A stretch of DNA of 38,928 bases from Omnitrophica bacterium RIFCSPHIGHO2_02_FULL_46_20 (GTDB lineage: Bacteria; Omnitrophota; Gorgyraeia; 2-01-FULL-45-10): assembly GCA_001804065.1 (NCBI GenBank), contig MHFG01000040.1, positions 1 to 38,928 of the forward strand. The letters are read 5' to 3'. Positions within the stretch are counted from its first letter, which is position 1. Each line of letters opens with the position of its first letter. Position numbers and translations under genes: made by a program. The notes beneath the pieces were generated by a model. That model was not told the origin of the DNA and made no database searches. It saw only the letters and a list, made by a program, of their open reading frames with translations. Positions 26,339 to 36,246 of this stretch are shown one piece after another.

Positions 26339-27302
26339 ATTGCACTATTTTTTTATACACAGCGCTTAATAATTCCTTTACGCCTTCCCCTGTAACCGCT
26401 GATATAGGATATACCTTCTTGCCGCGTAAATGTTTTTTGAACTTCTTTATATTCTCTTTTGCCTGCTCTAAATCGCTCTTATTTAAGGCTATGAATTGGC
26501 CTTTTCTTATCAGCGCTTTGCTATAAAGCCCTAATTCTTTATTTAAACCTACGTAATCCTTATACGGGTCGCGGCCTTGGCATACAGCGATATCTACAAG
26601 ATGTATCAGGACCTTGGTTCTCTCTACATGCCTTAAAAATCTGTCGCCTAAGCCCTTGCCGAGGTGGGCGCCTTCTATCAGGCCCGGTATCTCTGCCACA
26701 ACAAAAGCTGCTCCGCTGTAAATCTTAACTACGCCCAATACGGGCGCCTTTGTCGTAAACGGATAATCGGCTATCTTAGGCCTTGCGCTGGATATCTTCG
26801 ATATAAGCGTCGATTTTCCCGCGTTCGGGTAACCGACTATCCCGACATCGGCTATCAGCTTTAATTCTAAAAGAACTATTTTTTCTTCACCGGGCGAGCC
26901 GGGTTCTGCCGAGCGGCCTCTTGAATTGCCTTTACCGCCTGCGCCGCCTTTAGCGACAATAACATGGTCTCCGGGCTTTATCAACTCTCTAAGAACAAGG
27001 CCGCTTTGGGCGTCCTTTATCACTGTCCCTTGAGGCACTTTTATATGAAGATCCTCGCCATGCCCGCCCTTTTTATGATTGGAGCTGCCGTGGATTCCCC
27101 GTTCGGCCACAAAATGTTGACGGTATTGAAAATCCAACAGAGTATGGATATTTGGGTCGGCTTCGAAGATCGCATCCCCTCCCTTACCGCCGCCGCCGCC
27201 GTCCGGCCGGCCGTACCTATGATACCTGTCGCGGTACATGCTATTACAACCGTCGCCGCCGCCGCCGGCCTTGACATTGATTTTGGATTGATCTACGAAC
27301 AC
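26328..27302 (-). CDS. obgE: GTPase Obg/CgtA (no C-terminal extension)
   Basis: Gly-rich Obg fold, GYPNAGKST, ADYPFTT, FLRHVER, NKSD. Confidence 0.95.
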   Translation of the reverse strand: MFVDQSKINVKAGGGGDGCNSMYRDRYHRYGRPDGGGGGKGGDAIFEADPNIHTLLDFQYRQHFVAERGIHGSSNHKKGGHGEDLHIKVPQGTVIKDAQSGLVLRELIKPGDHVIVAKGGAGGKGNSRGRSAEPGSPGEEKIVLLELKLIADVGIVGYPNAGKSTLISKISSARPKIADYPFTTKAPVLGVVKIYSGAAFVVAEIPGLIEGAHLGKGLGDRFLRHVERTKVLIHLVDIAVCQGRDPYKDYVGLNKELGLYSKALIRKGQFIALNKSDLEQAKENIKKFKKHLRGKKVYPISAVTGEGVKELLSAVYKKIVQYEK

Positions 27303-27326
27303 TCTATTTTATCCGATCGGGATCAC

Positions 27327-27554
27327 TTACTCTGAAGATATGACGCTCACGATCCTTCGCGGATCAAATTCTATCTTTCCATCGACGAGAGCGTATAGTG
27401 TGTGGTCTTTTGAGACGCCGACGTTTGAGCCCGGCTTGAAATGCAATCCCCGTTGTTTTAAAATTATATTTCCAGCCCTGACCGTTTGGCCTTCAAACTT
27501 CTTAACGCCGAGTGTTTTTGGCTGGCCGTCGCGGCCATTCACTACGTGTGCCAT
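27327..27554 (-). CDS. rpmA: 50S ribosomal protein bL27
   Basis: [26 protein letters not shown]; lies between rplU and obg. Confidence 0.93.
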   Translation of the reverse strand: MAHVVNGRDGQPKTLGVKKFEGQTVRAGNIILKQRGLHFKPGSNVGVSKDHTLYALVDGKIEFDPRRIVSVISSE

Positions 27555-27597
27555 GATATCTACCCCTTTTTAAGACTATCGAAAAAACAACACATTT

Positions 27598-27912
27598 TCA
27601 ATTTATTTCTATTGATTTTATTTTAAGCTTCAATAGATTCTGACGATGCCCGATCTTCTTCTTCTCGCTCTTGCGCTTTTTGTACTTATAGGCTATTATC
27701 TTATCATCGCGCACAATACCTAACACTTCGCAATTGACATGCGAGCCTTTTAGATACGGCGTTCCTACATGAACTGAATTGCCTTCTTTCACGAGAAGAA
27801 CCTTGTCTAGTTTCACGGCGCCGCTTTCTTTGGCCTCCAGCTTCTCTATGAAGATTATGTCGTCTTTGGCCACCTTATATTGTTTACTGCCTGTTTCGAT
27901 TACAGCGTACAT
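27598..27912 (-). CDS. rplU: 50S ribosomal protein bL21
   Basis: MYAVIETGSKQYKV, GTPY, GHRQ. Confidence 0.96.
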   Translation of the reverse strand: MYAVIETGSKQYKVAKDDIIFIEKLEAKESGAVKLDKVLLVKEGNSVHVGTPYLKGSHVNCEVLGIVRDDKIIAYKYKKRKSEKKKIGHRQNLLKLKIKSIEIN

Positions 27913-27943
27913 CTAGAACCTCCGTATAGTTAATAGGCGGTAT

Positions 27944-27972
27944 AATATATCACACCGCTCCGATTCCGTCAA
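27944..27972 (-). promoter_or_regulatory. Promoter of the rplU-rpmA-obg operon
   Basis: TTGACG-17 nt-TATATT with extended TG. Confidence 0.65.
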
Positions 27973-28002
27973 GCCTCCCAACAAATCCATCCTTCCAACA
28001 AA

Positions 28003-29508
28003 TCACCGCTTCTCATCGATCTTTATCTCTTCTATGTGTTGGTTGGGATCTTCGATGATGCGCACATACTTCCTGAATCGCTTTTCAAGCGGTTTTATCA
28101 TATTTTTATCAGGCGCGAGCACATAAGTCGCTACGTCCGGATGGAGCGATACGAATATTTCTCTGCCCTTCGTCTCCGATAAAATATGCGCTAACTGCCG
28201 CGCAAGGTCAGTTGCTATCGTAGAGGGCGATTTTATAGTGCCCCTGCCGCTGCAATAAGGACATTTCTGATAACTTTTAGCTTCAATGCTGCGCCTGGCC
28301 CGTTGTCTCGTCATCTCAACAAGGCCTATGCTCGATATATTAAGGATCTTCGTCTTGGCTTTGTCGTTCTCAAGGGCTTTCTCAAGCGCATTGAACACAG
28401 CCTTCCTGTGTCCGTGCGATTCCATATCTATAAAATCTATGATTATGATGCCCCCGATATCGCGAAGCCTAAGCTGCCTTGGTATCTCCTCCGCGGCCTC
28501 CATGTTTGTCCGAAAGGCAGTCTCTTCCAGATTCCTATGCCCTACGGATTTACCCGAATTCACATCGATAGCGACTAAAGACTCGGTCTCATCGAACACC
28601 AGATATCCTCCGCTCTTTAGCTGTATGATCCTATTATATACCTTATCTATCTGGCGCTCTATGTCATATCTTTCGAATATCGGCGTTATTTCTCTATATA
28701 GCTTTAGCCTGTTTCGTAAGTGGGGCGAGGTCATTTTTAGAAATCTCGATATCCTTTTAAAGTCGTTCTTCGAATCTATTTCCAATTTATTAACATCGTT
28801 GGTGAACATGTCACGGCCTGCCCTCAATATAATATCGTATTCCTGATGAATGATCTGCGGCGGCTTGGCCTTCCTTGCCTTATATCTTATGTGCTGCCAC
28901 AATCTGATGAGATAGCGCGTCTCGCAAAAAAAGTCCTTTTGGCTTGCGCCGATAGCAGCGGTCCTTATTATAAAACCCATGTCCTTGGGCAGTTTTAATT
29001 CCTCTATTATCTTGCGGATCCTGTCGCGCTCTTTCGAATCTTCTATCCTTTTCGATAAACCTATACGGTTGTCGAAAGGCATCAACACAAGAAATCTGCC
29101 TGGGATAGATATATGCGTAGTCAGCCTGGCGCCTTTAGAGCCGATAGGTTCTTTTACTATCTGGACTAAAACCTCATCTGCCTTTTTCAAAACTGTGCTT
29201 ATCGATCGTTTTTTCTCATCTCGCGTTTTTTCGGCATATTCACCCGCTTCCTCGGCCAATAATCTGTCGAAGTCCGACGCGTTCTTCTCTACGTCTGAGA
29301 CATAAAGAAAGCCGTTTTTTTCTATCCCTATATTTACAAAAGCCGCGTCTATGCCTGGCAGAACGGACTCGATTTTTCCTTTATAAATATTTCCTACCAG
29401 ATTAAAGGAATCTGCCCTCTCTACGTAGAACTCCTCTATCTTCTTATTATCGAGCACTACGACTCTTTTCTCATGAATATCAACATTTATATATATATCT
29501 TTTGACAT
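28003..29508 (-). CDS. rng: Ribonuclease E/G family protein (RNase G length)
   Basis: GNIYKG, AAFVNIG, KGARLT, IDVNSG, RLRDIGGIIIIDFIDM, CPYCSGRG. Confidence 0.93.
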   Translation of the reverse strand: MSKDIYINVDIHEKRVVVLDNKKIEEFYVERADSFNLVGNIYKGKIESVLPGIDAAFVNIGIEKNGFLYVSDVEKNASDFDRLLAEEAGEYAEKTRDEKKRSISTVLKKADEVLVQIVKEPIGSKGARLTTHISIPGRFLVLMPFDNRIGLSKRIEDSKERDRIRKIIEELKLPKDMGFIIRTAAIGASQKDFFCETRYLIRLWQHIRYKARKAKPPQIIHQEYDIILRAGRDMFTNDVNKLEIDSKNDFKRISRFLKMTSPHLRNRLKLYREITPIFERYDIERQIDKVYNRIIQLKSGGYLVFDETESLVAIDVNSGKSVGHRNLEETAFRTNMEAAEEIPRQLRLRDIGGIIIIDFIDMESHGHRKAVFNALEKALENDKAKTKILNISSIGLVEMTRQRARRSIEAKSYQKCPYCSGRGTIKSPSTIATDLARQLAHILSETKGREIFVSLHPDVATYVLAPDKNMIKPLEKRFRKYVRIIEDPNQHIEEIKIDEKR

Positions 29509-29515
29509 ATTTTAT

Positions 29516-29821
29516 TTAAAACTCCTCTACCCTTTTGATCCTTATGCCGTTAGGCAAATTTTTATTTAACGACTCTATAAAGAAGTTTTGTTCGATTCTT
29601 TCCGCCATGCAAACATCCAATTCCTCGTTCTCGCTTTCGATCCCAAGCCTTAGCGCCCTTTTAACGCTGACTTTAAGGCGCGGGCTGAAGCCCTTTGTTA
29701 TCCTTACAGGCAGAACGGCCCTGCGCAAAGCTCTCGAAAAAAGCCGCATGAGGTCTAAGTGCGAAATGAAACGCATGTCGCCTGATTTTGAAAATGTCGC
29801 TCTTATCTTCATAAAAATCAT
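29516..29821 (-). CDS. Radical-SAM-linked protein (TIGR03936/DUF2344), N-terminal half only
   Basis: FSKSGDMRFISHLDLMRLFSRALRRA..P...GFSP, GIESE, LPNGI. Confidence 0.8.
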   Translation of the reverse strand: MIFMKIRATFSKSGDMRFISHLDLMRLFSRALRRAVLPVRITKGFSPRLKVSVKRALRLGIESENEELDVCMAERIEQNFFIESLNKNLPNGIRIKRVEEF

Positions 29822-29871
29822 CGCCGGTACCTTATGATACCGGCATAAGAAGACATAAGCCCCAAACTCTA

Positions 29872-31542
29872 TTATTTAATCTTCCTCTTCTTAACCGTCT
29901 TCGGCCATTCTTCCTGAGTCAGGTCATAGTTAGGGACATATGATTTACTTGCAAGCGGAACGTCTGATAATTCCGTTCCCTTCCTCATAAGTCTTACGGT
30001 AACGAAGAATATGAGCTCGGTCTTCCGTTTTGTTTTTTCTTTCTTGCTAAATAATAATCCTACGCCCGGCACATCTCCGAGCAAGTCTCCTATAAAAGGC
30101 ATGGGCTTTTTAACATCGATAATATTTTCCTTTATGAGCCCGCCGATAAATATCGTGTCGCCGTCTTTTATCATGACCTTCGTATTGGCCTGCCTTGAAG
30201 AAAAGACAGGCGCTACAATGCCGTTTGCCGGATCGATCATGTCGTATCTGACAAGATCGCTTATTTCCGGGGCAAGCTCTATGACTATCTCTTCTTTCTC
30301 GTTTATGTGGGGCGTTACCTTTAATTTTATTCCAAGGTTCTTCGCCTCATAGCCGGTTATCTCAATCTTTCCTGTCGCAGAGTTCCTTTCGTATTTAGGC
30401 ATATTAAATGTTTGCCCTACGAGCATATTAGCCTCCGTATTATTCAGCGTGGCTATGCGCGGATTTGAAACGATGTTCGTATCAGACCTCTGTTTTAACA
30501 TTTCCAAAATAGCGCTGAATTGCGAAAAATCGAGCGTTCCGAATTTAAATGTATCTTTAAACATATCCTGGGCAAAGTCAACGAAAGGAAAGCCTTTGGC
30601 GTAATTAGTAGCGGCAGGAGATGTGGGATAACCCGCTGGCGTCGTTGTTGTTGTAGTATCAGTGCCGGCCACAGGAGTAGTCGCTACACTGCCTGTCTGA
30701 ACCAGGGGCGTATACTGGTCTAGAAACCTCATTCCTGTCCCACCAAAATAGTTGAACGGGAAAGTAATCGGCCTTTTCGCGCCGCTTATCTCAAACTTTA
30801 GGTTCCAGTCTATGCCGAGTTTTTCATCATCGCCTAAGGTGGTTTCCAAGATGCGCGCTTCTATTAAAACCTGACTGGTCTCCTTATCGAGTTTTTCTAT
30901 GATCTGCCCTATCTTGTATACGCTCGTAGGGATATCCGTGACGATGACCATGTTGGTCCTGTCGTCGTATTTGATCTTACCTCTGCCGCTTACAATCTTC
31001 TTTATGGAAGCGACGACATCTTTTGCTTTTCCATAATTTAGGCTGAACGTCTGAGTAACGACCTCTTCCTGTTGTAGCTTATCCAATGTGACTACGCGGA
31101 TTATATCGCCTTCTCTCTCGTATGCAAAGCCATGGTTTCTGACTATTATGTCGAGCGCCGCTTTCCACGGCTTATCCGTTAGCTTCAGATCAATAGCCCC
31201 TTTAACGTCGGGAGCGGCTACTATATCTACGCCCGCCACTTCTGAAATATAAGCCAGCACTACCCTAATGTCCGCGCCTCTAAAATTCATTGTAACATTA
31301 CCCGGCGTGAGATCAGCTGTCTCTTCCGCTTCTTTCTGCTGCTCCGGAGAAGCAGCGCCCGTTTCTTCGGGTTTTTGCGCCGGAGCGGATTGCCCTACTT
31401 GCTGTATCTCGGTTTTAGCAGATTGCTCTTGGACATTTTCAGATGGAGCAACGGACGCCCCTTTTTCCTCCTCCGAAAAAGTGTTTAGAGATAATGCTGT
31501 CAATGCTATAACTATGGACAATATTTTATATTCAAGTCTCAT
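29872..31542 (-). CDS. pilQ: Type IV pilus/T2SS secretin, copy 2
   Basis: N0 (FRGADIRVVL), N3 (DDRTNMVIVTD), QVLIEARI, SNPRIATLNN, GIKLKVTPHI, GGLI, TELIFFVT. Confidence 0.87.
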   Translation of the reverse strand: MRLEYKILSIVIALTALSLNTFSEEEKGASVAPSENVQEQSAKTEIQQVGQSAPAQKPEETGAASPEQQKEAEETADLTPGNVTMNFRGADIRVVLAYISEVAGVDIVAAPDVKGAIDLKLTDKPWKAALDIIVRNHGFAYEREGDIIRVVTLDKLQQEEVVTQTFSLNYGKAKDVVASIKKIVSGRGKIKYDDRTNMVIVTDIPTSVYKIGQIIEKLDKETSQVLIEARILETTLGDDEKLGIDWNLKFEISGAKRPITFPFNYFGGTGMRFLDQYTPLVQTGSVATTPVAGTDTTTTTTPAGYPTSPAATNYAKGFPFVDFAQDMFKDTFKFGTLDFSQFSAILEMLKQRSDTNIVSNPRIATLNNTEANMLVGQTFNMPKYERNSATGKIEITGYEAKNLGIKLKVTPHINEKEEIVIELAPEISDLVRYDMIDPANGIVAPVFSSRQANTKVMIKDGDTIFIGGLIKENIIDVKKPMPFIGDLLGDVPGVGLLFSKKEKTKRKTELIFFVTVRLMRKGTELSDVPLASKSYVPNYDLTQEEWPKTVKKRKIK

Positions 31543-31578
31543 ATTTTTATATCCGATGATGCGAAACCCTGCCGCTTA

Positions 31579-33234
31579 CTATTTAATCTTCCGCTTCTTA
31601 ACGGTATCCTTCCATAATTCCTGACTTAACTTATAGTTAGGTTTATATGCCTTACTTGCGACAGGGATATCTTTCAACTCTCTATCTCTCTTCATAAGTT
31701 TAACGGTTATGAAGAATATCAACTCTGTCTTCTCTCTCGTCTTCTCTTTTTTTGTAACCAATAACCCGACATACGGTAGATCGCCGAGCAAATCTCCGAC
31801 AAATGGAAGCTTTTTCCTGCTCTCAACTATATCCTCTCTTATTAATCCGCCTATAAATATGGTATCGCCGTCTTTTATCATGATCTTTGTATTGGCTTGA
31901 CGAGATGAAAATATGGGCGCTACTACTCCGCTGGCAGCGTCAAGCGTATCGTATCTTAAGAAATCGCTTATCTCAGGCGCCAATTCAACCACTATTTCAT
32001 CTTTCTCGTTTATATGCGGCGTCACTTTCAATTTTATACCAAGATCCTTTGCCTCATAGCCGGATATCGACATCTTCCCCGTGGTAGAGTTTCTTTCGTA
32101 CTTAGGGAGGTTTATAGTCTGCCCAACCATGATATTCGCCGGATTATTATTTAGCGTGGCTATGCGCGGATTAGAAACGACGCTGGTATCGGATCTCGAC
32201 TTTATCATCTCTAAGACTGCTTTAAACTGCGAAAAGTCAAGCGTTCCAAATGTAAAAGTGGACTTAAATATATCTTGAGCAAAATCGACATAGGGGAAGG
32301 CCTTGCTTCCGTCAGCGCCCGCAGGATATCCTCCGGCAGTTGTAGAGCCTGTAGCGCCGCCAGATGTTGTAGTAGTAGTGTTTGCCCCTGTTTGCACTAA
32401 GGGATAATAGTTTTTAAGAGTCTGACTATCTGCCTTGAAATAATTAAACGGCGCCGTTATAGGCCTCTTCGCCCCGCTCGCCGCAATCTTTACGTTCCAG
32501 TCTATCCCGATCTTTTCTTTGTCACCCAAAACAGTCTCCAAAATCCTTGCCTCGATAAGGACCTGGTCAGTCTCCCTGTCCAGCCTTTCTATGATCTGCC
32601 CTACCTTATACGCGTTTGTCGGGATATCAGTTACTATAACCGTATTTGTCCTGTCGTCGAACATCACGCTGCCTCTTTCTCCGACATTGTCTTCTATCAC
32701 ACTTGCTATCTCTTTCGCTTTTCCATAGTTAATGGGGAAAGTCTGCGTTATGACCTCTTCCTGTTTCAGCTTATCCAATGTGACTACGCGGATTATATCG
32801 CCTTCTCTCTCATATGCAAAACCATAGTTTCTGACTATTATGTCGAGCGCCACTTTCCATGGCTTATCCGTTAGCTTCAGATCGATCGCGCCTTTAACGT
32901 CGGGAGAGGCTACAACGTCGATACCGGCTACTTCGGAGATATAGGCTAGGACGGTCCTGATATCCGCGTCTTTAAAGTTTACGGTTACATTGCCGGGTTT
33001 AGCCGCTTCTTCTGGAATGGCTTCAGGCTCTTTATCAGCTTCCGTTGCCTCCAATAGGCTTGCCGGAGCGTTCTCTTCCGTTTCTTTAGCCGGCGCTGGT
33101 GTCGGAACCTGTGTTTGGGCCTCGATAGGCTCAGGCGCAGCCTTTTCTTCCGCAGATAAAGCATTTACAGGCACCATTACGAAAAAAAGAAATAAAATCA
33201 ATAGTCTATAGAGAAGGGCTTTTTTATTCACCAA
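31579..33234 (-). CDS. pilQ: Type IV pilus/T2SS secretin, copy 1
   Basis: Same secretin motifs; directly follows pilMNOP. Confidence 0.88.
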   Translation of the reverse strand: MVNKKALLYRLLILFLFFVMVPVNALSAEEKAAPEPIEAQTQVPTPAPAKETEENAPASLLEATEADKEPEAIPEEAAKPGNVTVNFKDADIRTVLAYISEVAGIDVVASPDVKGAIDLKLTDKPWKVALDIIVRNYGFAYEREGDIIRVVTLDKLKQEEVITQTFPINYGKAKEIASVIEDNVGERGSVMFDDRTNTVIVTDIPTNAYKVGQIIERLDRETDQVLIEARILETVLGDKEKIGIDWNVKIAASGAKRPITAPFNYFKADSQTLKNYYPLVQTGANTTTTTSGGATGSTTAGGYPAGADGSKAFPYVDFAQDIFKSTFTFGTLDFSQFKAVLEMIKSRSDTSVVSNPRIATLNNNPANIMVGQTINLPKYERNSTTGKMSISGYEAKDLGIKLKVTPHINEKDEIVVELAPEISDFLRYDTLDAASGVVAPIFSSRQANTKIMIKDGDTIFIGGLIREDIVESRKKLPFVGDLLGDLPYVGLLVTKKEKTREKTELIFFITVKLMKRDRELKDIPVASKAYKPNYKLSQELWKDTVKKRKIK

Positions 33235-33628
33235 TCCTATTTTCCTCTTCGGGTTTAGGGAGTTCCAATGTATAATCTTTCCCCTCTATTGAAAGCTGAA
33301 CTGTACTTTGTGAGATATTCTTTATGCGAAGCACGCCGAACAAATCATTATCCTTCACCATTCGGCCGTTCAGTATGGCGGCTTTCTTTCCGCCGGCGCC
33401 CATCGCTATACCCTCAAGCCTTATGTCTTCGATAGAAGTAATATCTTCTAATCCGGAAATTTTTTTTGCCTTTTCCTGCCATATTAAAGAAATGAATGGG
33501 TCGCGTTTTCCGCTAGATTCGTATTCAAACGCGACACCAGCCGGCTTCTCGCCATATGCATAAGGCGCGCTCAAGCCCTTGGCAATTAAATAGAGCGCGA
33601 TAATAATGGGTATTATTATTTTACGCAT
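33224..33628 (-). CDS. PilP-like pilus assembly protein
   Basis: Signal sequence, Y...GKRDPF motif, LEGI...AAILNG beta domain; lies between pilO and the secretin. Confidence 0.72.
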   Translation of the reverse strand: MRKIIIPIIIALYLIAKGLSAPYAYGEKPAGVAFEYESSGKRDPFISLIWQEKAKKISGLEDITSIEDIRLEGIAMGAGGKKAAILNGRMVKDNDLFGVLRIKNISQSTVQLSIEGKDYTLELPKPEEENRIGE

Positions 33629-33635
33629 ATATTTT

Positions 33636-34253
33636 TTATTTCTCCTTAAACAATATATAGGTGCATACTGTCAACTCAATGTCGTGTTGTTTCGGAGAAG
33701 TTTTATTTGACTTTATCCCTATATTAGTAACCTTCATAAACCTGTTTGAATTTTCGAGATTGCTCAAAAAACGTCCCAACTCGTGGTAGCCGGATCTTGC
33801 GGTTATGCGTATGGGTATCTCCTGATACATTTTACTTTGCCGCTGGGCGTTATTTTCCCGCGCCGCCGGCGCCGGCATTATACTAGTAATCTTTATATTC
33901 GAGGATTTAGCCATATCCGAGAGATTTTCCAGCAGATTCGGTATCTCCTGTTCTACCGGAAGCTTCTTCTCATACCATTCTACTTTTTCATTATACTCCA
34001 CGAGTTTCTTCTTCAGCCCTTCCATTTCCGCGCTCGTAGATTTTGCTGACTTTAGCTCAGCCGTTATCTTGCCTACCTTTCCTAAGAGCGTTGAAACCCT
34101 CGCGATCTGCGGCACAAATACAAAATATAAATAGAGCACAAAGGCTATTAAAAAAATAAGCCATATAGCTAATGTCTGTTTCGTCTGGATATTCTTAAAA
34201 TCTATGCTTTTAAAGTCGAGCGGGATTTTTATCATTTTATTTTGAATAAGCAA
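33636..34253 (-). CDS. pilO: Type IV pilus assembly protein PilO
   Basis: N-terminal TM, coiled coil, LP...EIPNLLE, YHELGRFL. Confidence 0.88.
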   Translation of the reverse strand: MLIQNKMIKIPLDFKSIDFKNIQTKQTLAIWLIFLIAFVLYLYFVFVPQIARVSTLLGKVGKITAELKSAKSTSAEMEGLKKKLVEYNEKVEWYEKKLPVEQEIPNLLENLSDMAKSSNIKITSIMPAPAARENNAQRQSKMYQEIPIRITARSGYHELGRFLSNLENSNRFMKVTNIGIKSNKTSPKQHDIELTVCTYILFKEK

Positions 34254-34927
34254 GTTATAGTGAATTTCATAACCTCTTGCTCGTCTACCTTCTCCCTTGT
34301 TATAGTCCCAAGCTCTATATCGCTAAAGTCCGAGTAGAACTCGCTATTTGATTTTAAACTCTTCATAAAGCGGCCTATCAATGCGGTCCCCTCCTCGCCC
34401 ATGCTTGATGCCATACCTGATATTGTAAGATATCTTAAGGCAACCTTCTCGACAAGCGGCGCAACCTCAACGCCGGGCTTTTGCTTCAATAGATTTATTT
34501 TTACAGGTCTTGATATTTCACCGAGTTTTTCGTAATAACCCAATTCGGTGAGCCAAGTGCCGGGCGTCATCGATTCGCTTAAGTCGCTAAGTTTCTTCAT
34601 CCAGCTGAGCCGCTTCACCATGAGTTCGTCTATGGCGATCACCTTTTTACTCATGTTATCAGCCTGCAATCTTAATTTTTCTGTTTCCTGCTTTCTCGGC
34701 AGGATCTCTTTGTAGTTTTTTTCTAACATACTATAATTTGTGCCGTATATAACGCCTGCTATGAATACCATTAGTTGTATCGCGAGAAGCCCGATAACGG
34801 CTATGGCGGCTATCTTAAGAAACGGAAGATTCTTCAAGCTTATCTGAGATATGGCCGTTGACGCTGCTTGGCGCTTCTTCTTTCCAAGTTCTTCCGGTAA
34901 AAGATTTATCTCTATCATAAAACCCAT
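34232..34927 (-). CDS. pilN: Type IV pilus assembly protein PilN
   Basis: IEINLLP motif, TM, coiled coil, WLTEL. Confidence 0.85.
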   Translation of the reverse strand: MGFMIEINLLPEELGKKKRQAASTAISQISLKNLPFLKIAAIAVIGLLAIQLMVFIAGVIYGTNYSMLEKNYKEILPRKQETEKLRLQADNMSKKVIAIDELMVKRLSWMKKLSDLSESMTPGTWLTELGYYEKLGEISRPVKINLLKQKPGVEVAPLVEKVALRYLTISGMASSMGEEGTALIGRFMKSLKSNSEFYSDFSDIELGTITREKVDEQEVMKFTITCLFKIK

Positions 34928-34954
34928 ACCTTTATAGGCACGATACCTTTATTT

Positions 34955-35001
34955 ATCCGCCGTAGTCTTCTTGCTATCGCATGTTGAAGACGTAGGCGGA
35001 T
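34955..35001. repeat. Palindromic element between pilM and pilN
   Basis: ATCCGCCGTAGTCTTC...GAAGACGTAGGCGGAT. Confidence 0.6.
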
Positions 35002-36033
35002 TTATCTCAAAGCCAATCCTGCCGCTATGGCGAAAGAGCCCTTGATCTTCTCTGATATATCAGCATCTGTGTTCGGCGCGCTTTTATCCAAAAATTGTAA
35101 TGGGTCCCAAAAACACGGACTCGAATCGAAAGCATCCTTAAATAATGCCTCTAAGCCGACAAGGCCCGCGCTGCCGCCTGAGATATAAATCTTGTCGACA
35201 CTGCAGCCAGACTGGTTCTCATAGTAGCTGAATGACAGCCTCATCTCGTCTAATAGATTATTGACGACGCCCTTTGAGCAGTTTACAATATCCTGCTCTC
35301 TTTCCTTCGGACAGATTTTTATGCCCTCTGCCGATCTTGCATCGATATTTAATGCCTTTGAGATGACGCCATCAAAATCGTCGCCGCCTATTGTTATATC
35401 TCTCAAAAAGCAGAGCGTGCTATCTTTAATAATGCTTACATTGGTAAGAGTGGCGCCTATATTGATAAGCGCCGCTGCCTTATCAGTATTGGCGGAAGGA
35501 AGATTTTTCAAGAATGCGTTTGCCGCCGCGAAACCATCGACATCGATGAGGCTTACCAAAAACCCTGCCTCTTCGACGATCCGAACCCTCTCTAGCACAA
35601 AAGCCTTTCTTACCGCAACAAGAAGTATGTCCAACTTGCCTTCTTTCTCATTTTTCTTCAACACCTGATGATCAACTATGCAATCGTTAATGGGAAAAGG
35701 CACGTATTTTTCCGCTTCGAAACGCATAGCGCTCTTTAGCTCATCGTCCTTCATCTTAGGCATTGAGACGAACCTTACAATAACAGACGGCCCGGAAACG
35801 GATATGTTGACATCTTTCGTGGTAATCTTGATCTCTTCTGCCAATGACCTTATCGCTCCTATCAAAGTCTCGCGCACAGCGCTTGGCGCGTTTTTTAAAC
35901 CCATACATACTAATGATGGCTTATCGCCGAGCATAGATACCTCGAGCATCTTTATCGCGGAACTGCCGATATCGAGGCCTATTTTATTTTTCGGCTTGGC
36001 TTGAAATCTTTTCTTTATATCGAAATCTAACAT
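35002..36033 (-). CDS. pilM: Type IV pilus assembly protein PilM (actin-like)
   Basis: IGLDIGSSAIK, EAEKYVPF, INIGA, ISGGSA, AAGLALR. Confidence 0.92.
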   Translation of the reverse strand: MLDFDIKKRFQAKPKNKIGLDIGSSAIKMLEVSMLGDKPSLVCMGLKNAPSAVRETLIGAIRSLAEEIKITTKDVNISVSGPSVIVRFVSMPKMKDDELKSAMRFEAEKYVPFPINDCIVDHQVLKKNEKEGKLDILLVAVRKAFVLERVRIVEEAGFLVSLIDVDGFAAANAFLKNLPSANTDKAAALINIGATLTNVSIIKDSTLCFLRDITIGGDDFDGVISKALNIDARSAEGIKICPKEREQDIVNCSKGVVNNLLDEMRLSFSYYENQSGCSVDKIYISGGSAGLVGLEALFKDAFDSSPCFWDPLQFLDKSAPNTDADISEKIKGSFAIAAGLALR

Positions 36034-36036
36034 TTT

Positions 36037-36222
36037 TTAAAAGCGCGCTCTAAGGTAGTTTATGCCCTTCGTCCTCTCAAGATTGGTTATGCGCACCGTC
36101 TTCTGGGAGGCCTTGGCTGATTTGAGATCATTAGGGATAGCTGCGGCGAGAATAATCGCGATTATCATAACCACGATCATCGCTTCGAATAAGGTAAACG
36201 CTCTACGGAAAATTATAACCAT
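36037..36222 (-). CDS. Short or degenerate prepilin-like peptide (possible pseudogene)
   Basis: RRA/FTLFE, hydrophobic helix, AIPN; aligns with the first 52 aa of the neighbouring pilin, then ends. Confidence 0.6.
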   Translation of the reverse strand: MVIIFRRAFTLFEAMIVVMIIAIILAAAIPNDLKSAKASQKTVRITNLERTKGINYLRARF

Positions 36223-36246
36223 ACTTTAATATATATATTGCATACG

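Noticed and set aside
26328-27302. Short Obg lacking a C-terminal domain
   Set aside because: C-terminal length variation is common in Obg; not unusual
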